Origin: a virus
Lineage: Duplodnaviria > Caudoviricetes
Virus record (IMG/VR): IMGVR_UViG_3300017492_000028
Coordinates: 1-64,000 of that record
Reading direction: 5' to 3' (one strand)
Length of the DNA: 64,000 nt
The position numbers were made by a program, and so were the translations under genes. Numbering within the stretch: the first letter of the stretch is position 1; each line of letters opens with the position of its first letter. Of this stretch, positions 30,850 through 40,025 are shown one piece after another. The notes under the pieces were generated by a model. It searched no databases. It was not told where the DNA came from and worked only from the letters and a program-made list of their open reading frames with translations.

Positions 30850-31806
30850 TTAATACCAAAATCCTGTAGCACCTGTACCATATATACCATATTGTGCAGC
30901 AACACAATTAGGTACTGCAACAAATGGCTGATAAGGTGTTGTTATAGTAGCAGGCTGAGCTGCTTTAATTTCAGCTACAGTTTGAGCCACAGGGTTAACT
31001 GCTGCTGCAATCTGTTGCGCCGTAATAGCATTTTGGTGTTCAAGATTAAGCTGTGTAGTAAGTGTTGACTTAGCCTCTTGAAGCGCATCAATCTTAGCTT
31101 GAAGTGAACTACGCTCCATGCTATCAAGTTTAGCAATAATCTGCTGAGTATTAGCAGTTGCATTATCTTTAAGACTTTGAGCATTATTGCTAACATTCTG
31201 ATTAATATCACATGTTTGCTGCTGTGTAGCATAAGCAACACTTGAGAAACCACGCTCTTGACCAGTTGCAACATTGTTAATCTTATCCGCAAGCTGATAA
31301 GTCTGATTACTAATACTTTCACGAAGATTACAGCAGCAAGTAGAAAGCTGACTAGCAAGTGTCATATTACCTTGCTGAATACTATTTTTAACTTGTTCTG
31401 CTGTAAGGTCAGTCTTTGCACCAACATTGGCAACAGCAGTATTCAAATTAGCAATAGCTAACTGAATATTATCAGTAGAAGTATTAAGCATAGTTGCAAG
31501 ACTTGAAATAGAATCAGCATTACGATTAATAGCAGACATTAACAACTCTCGTCCATTATCATTGTTAATAAGATTGCCAAGAGGACCAAGTCCACTACCG
31601 CTACCATTACCCATATTACCAAACAAACCACCATTTCTAAGAAGAGGATATAAGAAGAACAAGAAGATTACCCAAAGGAAACCTCCACCACCAAAACCAT
31701 TACCGCCATTATTCATCATGGCAAGTAACAGCGCAGGATCTACACTGCTATTAGAATTACCATTAGACCTACTATCAGGTATCATAAAGATATTACTCTC
31801 TGGCAT
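30850..31806 (-). CDS. Membrane-anchored coiled-coil protein with Gly-rich N-terminus and CCC motif
   Basis: 318 aa; NNGGNGFGGGGFLWVIFLFFLYP TM segment; STCCCNL; long Q/N/A coiled coil. Confidence 0.75.
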   Translation of the reverse strand: MPESNIFMIPDSRSNGNSNSSVDPALLLAMMNNGGNGFGGGGFLWVIFLFFLYPLLRNGGLFGNMGNGSGSGLGPLGNLINNDNGRELLMSAINRNADSISSLATMLNTSTDNIQLAIANLNTAVANVGAKTDLTAEQVKNSIQQGNMTLASQLSTCCCNLRESISNQTYQLADKINNVATGQERGFSSVAYATQQQTCDINQNVSNNAQSLKDNATANTQQIIAKLDSMERSSLQAKIDALQEAKSTLTTQLNLEHQNAITAQQIAAAVNPVAQTVAEIKAAQPATITTPYQPFVAVPNCVAAQYGIYGTGATGFWY

Positions 31807-31873
31807 AACATTTAAATTTTTAATTAATACTTTAGTTAATACTTACTTTGTAACGTTACGTCAGCAAAAGTGC

Positions 31874-31912
31874 AAAAAAAAACACTTAGAATTTGAACAA
31901 TCCTAAGTGTTT
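31874..31912 (-). terminator. Intrinsic terminator after the HTH gene
   Basis: AAACACTTAG/CTAAGTGTTT stem plus T-run on the minus strand. Confidence 0.7.
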
Positions 31913-31934
31913 AATTTAAATAGTTGAAATACAA

Positions 31935-32231
31935 CTACTTGTGTTTAGTAACATATTCGTCTAATACTGATTTGCTCCATGATAATTCTTTAAAACCAAC
32001 ATCTTTACGTCCTTTTGGTAGTTTACCGTCATGAACTAAATTATCAAATGTTGCTCTGCTTACATGCAAATATCTACATGCTTGTTCTTTACTTAGCCTT
32101 GTTGAAGTTATTTCATTAAGACAAGACAATATCATTTGTCCGTCAGCTTCACTAATTGTAGAATTGCCTGCATCTATATCATCAACGAGTTTAGCAAGTA
32201 TGTTACGAATTACATGTATCATTATACACAA
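31935..32231 (-). CDS. Excisionase/MerR-like HTH DNA-binding protein
   Basis: RLSKEQACRYLHVSRATFDNLVHDGKLPKGRK. Confidence 0.75.
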   Translation of the reverse strand: MCIMIHVIRNILAKLVDDIDAGNSTISEADGQMILSCLNEITSTRLSKEQACRYLHVSRATFDNLVHDGKLPKGRKDVGFKELSWSKSVLDEYVTKHK

Positions 32232-33085
32232 ATAGTATTAATCTCATCATCTGTTATAGCTACCATTGCATCAAGACTTGCCTGCAACTCTGCTTCAGCC
32301 GCTTTAGCACGAGCAATTTCTGCTGTCAAACTAGCATTCAAATTAGAAATATTAGTAGTATTGGTAGCAATATTAGTCTTATTAGTTGCAATATTTGTTG
32401 CATTAGCACTTTCAGCAGCTTTAGCACGAGTTGTTTCAGTACTTATTGCGTCTGCATTAGTCTGCTCTGCTGCTTTAGCGCGTGTAACTTCGTCAGACAA
32501 ATCAGAAGTAAGAGTATTCTCTGCCGTCTGTGCGCGAGTAGTCTCTGTTGAAATTGCAGTAGCATTTGTTGACTCTGCTGCTTTAGCACGAGTTACTTCA
32601 TTATCAAGATTGGTCTGAACTGCTGCAATCTTATTAGTAATAGTAGATGCAAAATTCGCATCATCACCAAGTGCATCAGCCAACTCTTTCAATGTATCAA
32701 GAGCCTCTGGGGCAGCACCAACCACGTTCTCAATAGCAGTAGTAACTTCAGTTTTTGTCTGATACTCACTGTCATTCTCAAGCTGAGAAACCTTAGTTAC
32801 ATTCTTAGCATTAGCCTCAATTCCGTCAAGTTTAGCCTTGTAAGCATCAGTAAAATCATTAGCAGAAAGAGCTTTTCCCTCTACCTTATCAACTTTAGTT
32901 GCTTCAGCTGCTGTAGCACGAGTTTGCTCTGCTGCTATTGCATCAGAGTTCTTAGTCTCTGCTGTTGTAGCACGAGTAATCTCGTTACTGAGAGCTGTCG
33001 TAAGAGAGCTATTAAGATTAGATACCTGTGTTTTAATTAAATTCCAAAGGGTTTTAAGACCAGTTTCATTAAGATATTTAGCCAT
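32222..33085 (-). CDS. Coiled-coil fibre/needle-like protein with N- and C-terminal conserved motifs
   Basis: KYLNETGLKTLWNLIK; repeated E(V/T)TRAxAAE; ends AITDDEINTICV. Confidence 0.7.
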   Translation of the reverse strand: MAKYLNETGLKTLWNLIKTQVSNLNSSLTTALSNEITRATTAETKNSDAIAAEQTRATAAEATKVDKVEGKALSANDFTDAYKAKLDGIEANAKNVTKVSQLENDSEYQTKTEVTTAIENVVGAAPEALDTLKELADALGDDANFASTITNKIAAVQTNLDNEVTRAKAAESTNATAISTETTRAQTAENTLTSDLSDEVTRAKAAEQTNADAISTETTRAKAAESANATNIATNKTNIATNTTNISNLNASLTAEIARAKAAEAELQASLDAMVAITDDEINTICV

Positions 33086-33118
33086 AATGATATTATTTTT
33101 AAATTGTTTATTATTAAT

Positions 33119-33703
33119 TTATTGACAAATTGTTATAACTTCCGCAGAAGATATTGCGGTAATTGCATTAATTTTAGCAGTATTTGTATCTATACCATTT
33201 TGAAGTACCAAATGTTCAGCTGCTGCTGATAACTGTGTTTCAAAAATAGTATCACTTTGTTCTTTATTGTAATAATCTGCAAGGTCTATTTCAGACCTAA
33301 AATCACCAAGTTTCTCGTAATCATTAATTGTGTTAGAAGAACCATCACCACGATAAAGATACTCTGTATAGAGATTATTTTCACTATCTGCGGTTTTAAG
33401 AAGATAAACCTTATTAGTATCTGGTTCATCCACAGGAATTGATGATACAACATTGAAAAGCTCTTTATTTACCAAATCAATGTTTTCTCCTGTTAACAAA
33501 CTTTTTCCATTAATCGTTGCAATGTTGACATTATCAACAAGATTATCTTGCTTTGTTTCAGCAAGTGTTGCAATGTCATTTTCATTGGTTGTGATTTCAC
33601 TACTAATTTCGTCAAACAACTTGCTTAGCTGATATTTTTGTGCATCACTAAGATTAATTGAATTAAGCTTGTTAAAAAAATAACTTAAACTACTATTCTC
33701 CAT
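33119..33703 (-). CDS. Fibre-associated protein
   Basis: KQDNLV...INGKSLL; VYL...NNLYTEYLY domain; ends AISSAEVITICQ. Confidence 0.6.
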   Translation of the reverse strand: MENSSLSYFFNKLNSINLSDAQKYQLSKLFDEISSEITTNENDIATLAETKQDNLVDNVNIATINGKSLLTGENIDLVNKELFNVVSSIPVDEPDTNKVYLLKTADSENNLYTEYLYRGDGSSNTINDYEKLGDFRSEIDLADYYNKEQSDTIFETQLSAAAEHLVLQNGIDTNTAKINAITAISSAEVITICQ

Positions 33704-34016
33704 TTTTTACAAGACTTTTATAATCTATATTATATTTCTTACATATAGGTTTAATAATCCAACTCCATGAAACAGGTGATACAATAGATGAATTAAGAAG
33801 AACTAGCTTGTTTTCATAATCACCAATGTACAGGTAACATCCTGCTATAATTACTATACTGCATACAAGTAGCACACGTTTCGTAAAAGTTGAAACTACT
33901 TTTGCCCCATTAAGATAATCTACAATGTTAATCAATATATATGTTAATACATTTACTATTAAAATAAATGTAAAATCAAAATTATTGAATACTTTTTGTA
34001 TTATTTCATCTATCAT
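33693..34016 (-). CDS. Putative holin
   Basis: ~107 aa, 2-3 TM helices, basic C-terminus; start moved to MIDEII. Confidence 0.55.
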   Translation of the reverse strand: MIDEIIQKVFNNFDFTFILIVNVLTYILINIVDYLNGAKVVSTFTKRVLLVCSIVIIAGCYLYIGDYENKLVLLNSSIVSPVSWSWIIKPICKKYNIDYKSLVKNGE

Positions 34017-34027
34017 AATTATGACTA

Positions 34028-34783
34028 CTAAGTTGCCGCACAAACAGCCCGAACATATTTTACCCAATCTTTATTACCAGCATATTGACCTGTAGAACCA
34101 TTTGGTTCTAGTCGCCAAGCATACGCTGTATCAAATTGTGTTGATGACCAATAAGCCTCATTTGAAGCAATCTCTGTACCTCCAACAAGAGTAAGAGCAC
34201 TGTTAAGGTCTGTTGAAAAACAATCCATACTATACAACTCTGTTATTGTTGGCAAATAACCATTCTTACCATTTGGAAACACATAGTTTTTACATTCATA
34301 AGCCGCATAACCGTCAGCAGAAGTTCCTTGCGCTGCAATGATTGCATCGGTATTAGCTTCTCCGGCAACATCATACGATCGTCTAGCCACAGTTACACTA
34401 CCTGTAGCAGTACTATCATCATATATAGTTGTACAACCGTCTATTAATAATTTTCTACTTCCCCATGCTCTTTTTGTGCAATCAGTTAATGCTACAATAA
34501 AAGCAAAATACGTAGTAGGAGTATAAGAAATTTCGTTATGTCCTCTAATGTCAACAACTGCAATTCCAACTACATTGTCATTATTCGTTGTGTCCCATTC
34601 TGCTGGCTTAGTATAATTGCCGTCCATATCATAAACATAAACACCTCTAATTTTAGGATATTTAGTTCCATGATATTTATCAATTTGTTCATCAACATAC
34701 TCTTTAGTTACGCATATATCGGCTGCATAACCTTTTAGCTTACTCCAAAATGTTTCTACACCATGTTTATCTAAGTACTTCAT
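34028..34783 (-). CDS. Putative receptor-binding protein with C-type-lectin fold (DUF1566/Lcl-like)
   Basis: KYLDKHGVETFWSKLK; YLPTITEL...YWSSTQ...AW...VRAV. Confidence 0.7.
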   Translation of the reverse strand: MKYLDKHGVETFWSKLKGYAADICVTKEYVDEQIDKYHGTKYPKIRGVYVYDMDGNYTKPAEWDTTNNDNVVGIAVVDIRGHNEISYTPTTYFAFIVALTDCTKRAWGSRKLLIDGCTTIYDDSTATGSVTVARRSYDVAGEANTDAIIAAQGTSADGYAAYECKNYVFPNGKNGYLPTITELYSMDCFSTDLNSALTLVGGTEIASNEAYWSSTQFDTAYAWRLEPNGSTGQYAGNKDWVKYVRAVCAAT

Positions 34784-34794
34784 GAATATATGTT

Positions 34795-34923
34795 TTAAGT
34801 TGTACTAGAATGATATTTGCTTATTTGCTCATCAACATAGTCTTTAGTAGCATAATTATTGTCAATAAACTCTTTTACTTTAGCCCAAAGAGTTGCAAGA
34901 CCTTGTTCATCTAAATATTCCAT
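34795..34923 (-). CDS. 42-aa mini-protein consisting mainly of the N-terminal fibre motif
   Basis: Hand translation MEYLDEQGLATLWAKVKEFIDNNYATKDYVDEQISKYHSSTT*; fills the gap between neighbouring genes. Confidence 0.8.
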   Translation of the reverse strand: MEYLDEQGLATLWAKVKEFIDNNYATKDYVDEQISKYHSSTT

Positions 34924-34935
34924 ATATATATATAT
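34922..34935. repeat. (AT)7 microsatellite at a translation start
   Basis: Abuts the ATG of the 42-aa ORF. Confidence 0.85.
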
Positions 34936-34939
34936 TATA

Positions 34940-35554
34940 TTATATTTTCTTTATGCGAATATAGTCTATTTGCCCTATGGCATATCTTTGCAAAGTACTA
35001 CCGTCGCTGCCATAAGCAGCCCCAAGAACAATATTATTATCAAAGTTTATACTATGCTTATAAACAAGAGTATCATGACCCGTGTAACCAGTACTACAAT
35101 TAAAATAAGATACATCACCTATTTTAGTCCATTTTACAATAAGTGGATAATAAGCTTCACCGTCATTATAATCAATACTAATATACTTTGTAGATTCATC
35201 AAAATTAAGCTCAACAGCATAATGCCCTGTACTTTCATTAGCTGCATAAGCTCTGCGAATGTTAATACCTGCATAAGCACCACTTACTTCATTATACGCA
35301 CTAAATATGGTAGAATAATCACCGTCGGCATTAGCATCAGGATCGAATCTCATAAGCATAGTACACTCAAAGTTTGGTGCGTCAGTAGCAAAAGGCTTAA
35401 ACGGTACTTCTATTGCATTTGTTCCGTCAAACTCTAAACTATTGTTTTTATAGATTGTAGCACTTTCGCTTTCATCACTCAATGTATAGTCTTGAATAGT
35501 AGTTTTAATCTTTGCCCATAGGGTATTTAAACCATGCTCATCTAAAAACTTCAT
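34940..35554 (-). CDS. Putative receptor-binding protein, LamG/ConA-like beta-sandwich
   Basis: KFLDEHGLNTLWAKIK; TIFSAY...LVLGAAY...GQIDYIRI. Confidence 0.55.
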   Translation of the reverse strand: MKFLDEHGLNTLWAKIKTTIQDYTLSDESESATIYKNNSLEFDGTNAIEVPFKPFATDAPNFECTMLMRFDPDANADGDYSTIFSAYNEVSGAYAGINIRRAYAANESTGHYAVELNFDESTKYISIDYNDGEAYYPLIVKWTKIGDVSYFNCSTGYTGHDTLVYKHSINFDNNIVLGAAYGSDGSTLQRYAIGQIDYIRIKKI

Positions 35555-35925
35555 TTATCACATTTTAAATATATTATTAACGTTACAACCATTAATACAA
35601 AATAGCATATAACGTTCACTATCAAAAGTTCTAAATTTGATATTGGAATACCAATGTAATAATCATAATACGTAAGTATATTATTTATTACAACATAATG
35701 CAGAAACATTCTGTGATATTCACAATATCTAAATACATAAGAACTAACATATAAGAATACCAAAGGTATAATACCTGTACCACTAAGAATAGATATTAAT
35801 TGACAATCAATATTAAAATAAGATAGAACCGTATTAATTGCATACGAAGTTGCCAATATAAAAGGCATTATTTTTAATAGTATCAATTCTATTTTATATA
35901 ATATTTTACTTTGTCTAACTTCCAT
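35551..35925 (-). CDS. Multi-TM membrane protein
   Basis: 124 aa, ~4 hydrophobic helices. Confidence 0.65.
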   Translation of the reverse strand: MEVRQSKILYKIELILLKIMPFILATSYAINTVLSYFNIDCQLISILSGTGIIPLVFLYVSSYVFRYCEYHRMFLHYVVINNILTYYDYYIGIPISNLELLIVNVICYFVLMVVTLIIYLKCDK

Positions 35926-36082
35926 ATCTAAATACTCTTCTTGTTTTGGTAACTCCTGCCTTTTGAACTACAGGGTTTGGTCTGCCATTTGGCTTATTCA
36001 CAAATTTAATCGGTTCTCTTTTAGGACTATCTCTATTTGAAACAAATCCTTTTTTTACTAACTTAATTACTTTGTTAGGCAT
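35915..36082 (-). CDS. Small basic protein (55 aa)
   Basis: Hand translation MPNKVIKLVKKGF...AGVTKTRRVFRYGS*; abuts upstream stop. Confidence 0.6.
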   Translation of the reverse strand: MPNKVIKLVKKGFVSNRDSPKREPIKFVNKPNGRPNPVVQKAGVTKTRRVFRYGS

Positions 36083-39000
36083 TTAATCTGTATCTTTTGT
36101 AAACCATGTTTCTGGATTATCTATTAAACCTTGAAATGTAGGTCTATCATTTTCAATACTAGCTACTATATCCCCATTAGCATAATATATGTCATAATCA
36201 CCCTTAATGGTATTTCCTTTATAAAAAGATGCACCATTGCAAAATACTAGATAGCAACTTGTATCTATTTCATACGGTACAAAGAAAGTACCATTTAATT
36301 CATATTGCTCAACACCGTCTTTACAATATACTAGTGATATGTTACTATAATATTGACCGCTAACATTAAGATTATTATCATTATAATTACCTGTGGTTAT
36401 AGTTGGCTGTTGCTTACTATAAAAACCATTTGCTAAATACGTAGGATAGCAACCATTATCTCCATTAACGGTATCTTGTCTAGTACATATTTTAGAAGTA
36501 TAGGAACTATCTCCTGTATCATGCGCTGCAAAAATATAGAGATAACCTGCTGCTGTAGTTTTAAGGTTCATTAGTATAGCATTTACATAAGCATTTAGAG
36601 TAACCGTTGAGTTTAGCGAGTTTATTGTATATATGGACGAGAATAAAGTGAAACTATAAGGTATAGTTTTATTTAATCCCGTCCATTTCTGAAAATTTAC
36701 AATATACCAGCCTCCGTCATCAGGATTTTTCATTGCAAGCTGACAGCCACTACCAGTGGTAAAAAAGCCTGCTACAGTTTCTCCAGCAGAATTTTTAAAT
36801 TTATACGCTAAACTATCTTCTGATATAGCTGTTTCACTTCCTGCATTAAGTGTAGTACTTATACTATTTGCAGTAACATTACCTTCATTATCAACAATAA
36901 ATTTGTCATTGTAATTAATACTACTATCACTACCAGTGTTTATAGCAATACCGTTTTCAGTGAGTGTTACATTGCCATATTGTGTACCTTTTTGAACACA
37001 AGCCGCAATTTTATTATCATACTGTGTAATACTACTCTGCGCGGTTGTAAGACCTTTTTCTGTAGCAGTTATACGAGTTTCAAAACTATTTGCAGTTTGG
37101 GTTAGCTTACTTACGCTACCTTTTACAGTAGTTACTTCACCTGTTAGATTATTATATTCAGTCTGCAAGCTAGCTACATTAGTACTGATTTCATTTGCTT
37201 TTTCACTAATACTACTGTAATTTTCTGATACTTCTGTAATTTTATCTGTATTAGTATCTACAGAAGTTTGCAACTCTTTTACCTGTGTTTGTATTTTATT
37301 CGCTTGCTGTGTAATATTACTATAATTAGAAGTTAACGTTGCTACATTACCAGAAACTGTGTTTATACTACTTTGCATAGATTTGCTAAATATTATAGCA
37401 TTATCTATTACACTATTACTATAATTCGTTGATTCTGTAGTAAACGTTACATGGGCTGAATAAAGATGACTATCAACATTGACTGATACATCATATCCGC
37501 CACTATTCATTGGAATAGTTAAGTCTATCTTATCACCACTCGAATTATAAGTACCGTCAGTAACAACCTGTGTAGGAACATTAGTAATTTCAATATATCC
37601 ACAATAGTTATCACCAGAAGAATTTACAAACTTTGTTGAACAATTACTTTCATTGCTTATTGCAACATCACTATTGGCTATACTCAGCAGTGTTGTTCCC
37701 TTATATGCAACAATATAACTACGTGCGTCATCAAGATCAGCTGAATAAACCCCCTCCGTTGCACCTGCTTCAAGTGGAAGAACAAGGGATGTTGGTGAAA
37801 TACCAATTACAAGCTGTTCAGAACCACTGTCCCCACTATTAGTAGCAGTTCCAGCAATCATCACAGCACTCATTGTTCCATATAATGTAACAGTGGTATT
37901 ATTACTAGCATCTTCTGCATAATAGGCTTCAACAGTAAAAGGAATCTCATAACTTCCAAGACTAAGACCACTATAAGGTTTAGCTGTTATACTGTCGCTA
38001 GTTGACGTTACATCAATATACTGTGTAGGCAATGAATCTGTGTCAACTGTAATGCTTTTTATAGTAGCATTGCTTACAGTAACTGCATCATTGCTGTCAA
38101 CAGTTGCACGACTAACAGTAATCTTGTTTTTCAAACTAGTTGGAGTAATACTTATGGTATCATCACTTTCAGTTTTTACAAAAACGGCTATTGGAGAACT
38201 CTGGTTAAGAGTAAATGAAGAAGTACTTGCTTCATTAGCACTATCAGCATCATCAATTCTTTGAGGAGAAGTCCAACCACTTATTGTTCCGTCACTTTTT
38301 GCAATAGCAGTACTCATCCATACACCCTTGCTATAATCATCAACAACTTCATACCAACCTGTAGGATAAGTAACAGTTAGTGTAGTCCAATTAAAGCTTC
38401 CTCCTGTAGGAGTTGCAGGTTTAGTATCACTGTTACAGAAAGCAGTAATATTGACGTAAGCTGCTGCATCACCACCTGTATTCTTTCCGTCATAAGCATA
38501 ACGAGTCCAAAGAGCAGCTTTTCCTGTATCAGCATTACCTTTAAAATTACCCCAAACACCGTCTGTTTGTTTTCTAAGACAAACCCATTCATAGCAATTA
38601 GTTTCATCAACACCCTGTGGATTATCAGTCCAACCAGTAGGAACATAATCATCCTTGTTTACACTTGTTGGAATATTTGGTGCATCGTTGCTTGTAGTAC
38701 GAGTAAATATATACTCAATACTATCACCGTCAGTACCTTGTTTTCCATAAACGCTCCACCTTGCTGGAGTTGACCAACTCCCCCAAGTTCCGTCTGTCTT
38801 TACTCTTTGGCATATCCACTCTACGGGGGAGCTTTCTGTAATCCCTTGCGCTCTATCAGTCCAACCTGTAGGAACAAAATCATCAGTGTCTTCATTTTCT
38901 GTTGGAGTACTTACAACAGTATCATAACTGTTAACAAGTTTATAAATAAACTCATAGCCTTTTCCGTCAGTTCCTGCACTACCCTCACCACCACTTGATG

Positions 39001-39868
39001 AGCCATCAACAGCAGTAATTCTTACAGGAGTTGACCAAGCAGTATTTTGCTTACCTGTTGTAATATTCCAATCAGCACTACTCATATAAGTAATCTTACC
39101 CTCAATATGAGTTAAATCCCAGCCACTTGGAGGAGTAAGAGTAGCGGTACTAGTATTGTAAGTACCCCCCGTAGGAGAAGTGATTGTGTCATCAATAACA
39201 CTTGAGACATTCTTATAAATAAACTTAGACACAATGACATCTACACTGCCAGCAGCAGTTCCCGGGTCGCCTTTATCTCCTTTATCACCCTTATCACCTT
39301 TGTCTCCTTTGTCTCCTTTGTTTCCTTTATCGCCTTTATCACCTTTATCACCCTTTGTTCCTTTTGCGCCTGCTGGAATACCAAATGAAAAATTCAGCGT
39401 ATCATCGTTCATTGTTACATGCGCTTCGGCTGTACTTGCTTCATGAGCAGTAGCAACAGCTGATACATCGCCAAATTGCACACCGTCTTTTCCAGCAGGA
39501 ATTGCAAATTCAAAACTAAGTTTATTATCTTCTACATCAACATAAGCTGCTGCTTGTTCAGCACTAACAGCTGTTGCTTCAACCTCAATATCACTAAGTT
39601 TAAATTTTGGAACTCCAATATTAAGGTCAATAGACTTTTTATCAGTTTTTGCAAAAGTACTTAGCTCATCACTTTCTTGTGCGGTAAAGTTTACTTGCAC
39701 ATCAGATAAATCTGTTTCGATAGCAATATCTCCACTACCTAAAATAGATTCTCCATTAATGGTCTTAATATTCTCACCAGAAACAAGTTTATCTTGCTTC
39801 TTACTAAGTAGAACTTTTAGTTCTTCCCAAAAGACTTTAAGACCACATATATCTAATAACTTGACCAT
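36083..39868 (-). CDS. Large tail fibre/spike protein with collagen-like segment
   Basis: 1261 aa; KLLDICGLKVFWEELK; (GDK)n; repeated YEFIY..PT...DDFVPTGWTD blocks; C-terminal coiled coil and head domain. Confidence 0.75.
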   Translation of the reverse strand: MVKLLDICGLKVFWEELKVLLSKKQDKLVSGENIKTINGESILGSGDIAIETDLSDVQVNFTAQESDELSTFAKTDKKSIDLNIGVPKFKLSDIEVEATAVSAEQAAAYVDVEDNKLSFEFAIPAGKDGVQFGDVSAVATAHEASTAEAHVTMNDDTLNFSFGIPAGAKGTKGDKGDKGDKGNKGDKGDKGDKGDKGDKGDPGTAAGSVDVIVSKFIYKNVSSVIDDTITSPTGGTYNTSTATLTPPSGWDLTHIEGKITYMSSADWNITTGKQNTAWSTPVRITAVDGSSSGGEGSAGTDGKGYEFIYKLVNSYDTVVSTPTENEDTDDFVPTGWTDRAQGITESSPVEWICQRVKTDGTWGSWSTPARWSVYGKQGTDGDSIEYIFTRTTSNDAPNIPTSVNKDDYVPTGWTDNPQGVDETNCYEWVCLRKQTDGVWGNFKGNADTGKAALWTRYAYDGKNTGGDAAAYVNITAFCNSDTKPATPTGGSFNWTTLTVTYPTGWYEVVDDYSKGVWMSTAIAKSDGTISGWTSPQRIDDADSANEASTSSFTLNQSSPIAVFVKTESDDTISITPTSLKNKITVSRATVDSNDAVTVSNATIKSITVDTDSLPTQYIDVTSTSDSITAKPYSGLSLGSYEIPFTVEAYYAEDASNNTTVTLYGTMSAVMIAGTATNSGDSGSEQLVIGISPTSLVLPLEAGATEGVYSADLDDARSYIVAYKGTTLLSIANSDVAISNESNCSTKFVNSSGDNYCGYIEITNVPTQVVTDGTYNSSGDKIDLTIPMNSGGYDVSVNVDSHLYSAHVTFTTESTNYSNSVIDNAIIFSKSMQSSINTVSGNVATLTSNYSNITQQANKIQTQVKELQTSVDTNTDKITEVSENYSSISEKANEISTNVASLQTEYNNLTGEVTTVKGSVSKLTQTANSFETRITATEKGLTTAQSSITQYDNKIAACVQKGTQYGNVTLTENGIAINTGSDSSINYNDKFIVDNEGNVTANSISTTLNAGSETAISEDSLAYKFKNSAGETVAGFFTTGSGCQLAMKNPDDGGWYIVNFQKWTGLNKTIPYSFTLFSSIYTINSLNSTVTLNAYVNAILMNLKTTAAGYLYIFAAHDTGDSSYTSKICTRQDTVNGDNGCYPTYLANGFYSKQQPTITTGNYNDNNLNVSGQYYSNISLVYCKDGVEQYELNGTFFVPYEIDTSCYLVFCNGASFYKGNTIKGDYDIYYANGDIVASIENDRPTFQGLIDNPETWFTKDTD
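39260..39370 (-). repeat. Collagen-like Gly-X-Y repeat
   Basis: GAKGTKGDKGDKGDKGNKGDKGDKGDKGDKGDKGDPG. Confidence 0.95.
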
Positions 39869-39869
39869 A

Positions 39870-39887
39870 ATATATATATATATATAT
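39870..39887. repeat. (AT)9 microsatellite spanning the stop-to-start spacer
   Basis: Fills 39870-39886 between the stop at 39887-89 and the ATG at 39868. Confidence 0.9.
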
Positions 39888-39973
39888 TAGTTTGAACTTA
39901 ACTTTTTATCAGCATACGCCTTTATTTTCTCGATGATTATCTTCAAATCATCATAATCTACAAATTCTGTCAT
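39887..39973 (-). CDS. 28-aa mini-protein, diverged fibre N-terminal motif
   Basis: MTEFVDYDDLKIIIEKIKAYADKKLSSN* (alternative start 39979). Confidence 0.6.
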   Translation of the reverse strand: MTEFVDYDDLKIIIEKIKAYADKKLSSN

Positions 39974-39987
39974 AATCATAAAGTTTA

Positions 39988-40019
39988 AAACTAGGAGGAG
40001 AATTAACTCCACCTAGTTT
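39988..40019 (-). terminator. Hairpin/terminator after the 40026 gene
   Basis: AAACTAGG-AGGAG / CTCC-A-CCTAGTTT. Confidence 0.6.
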
Positions 40020-40025
40020 GATTGT

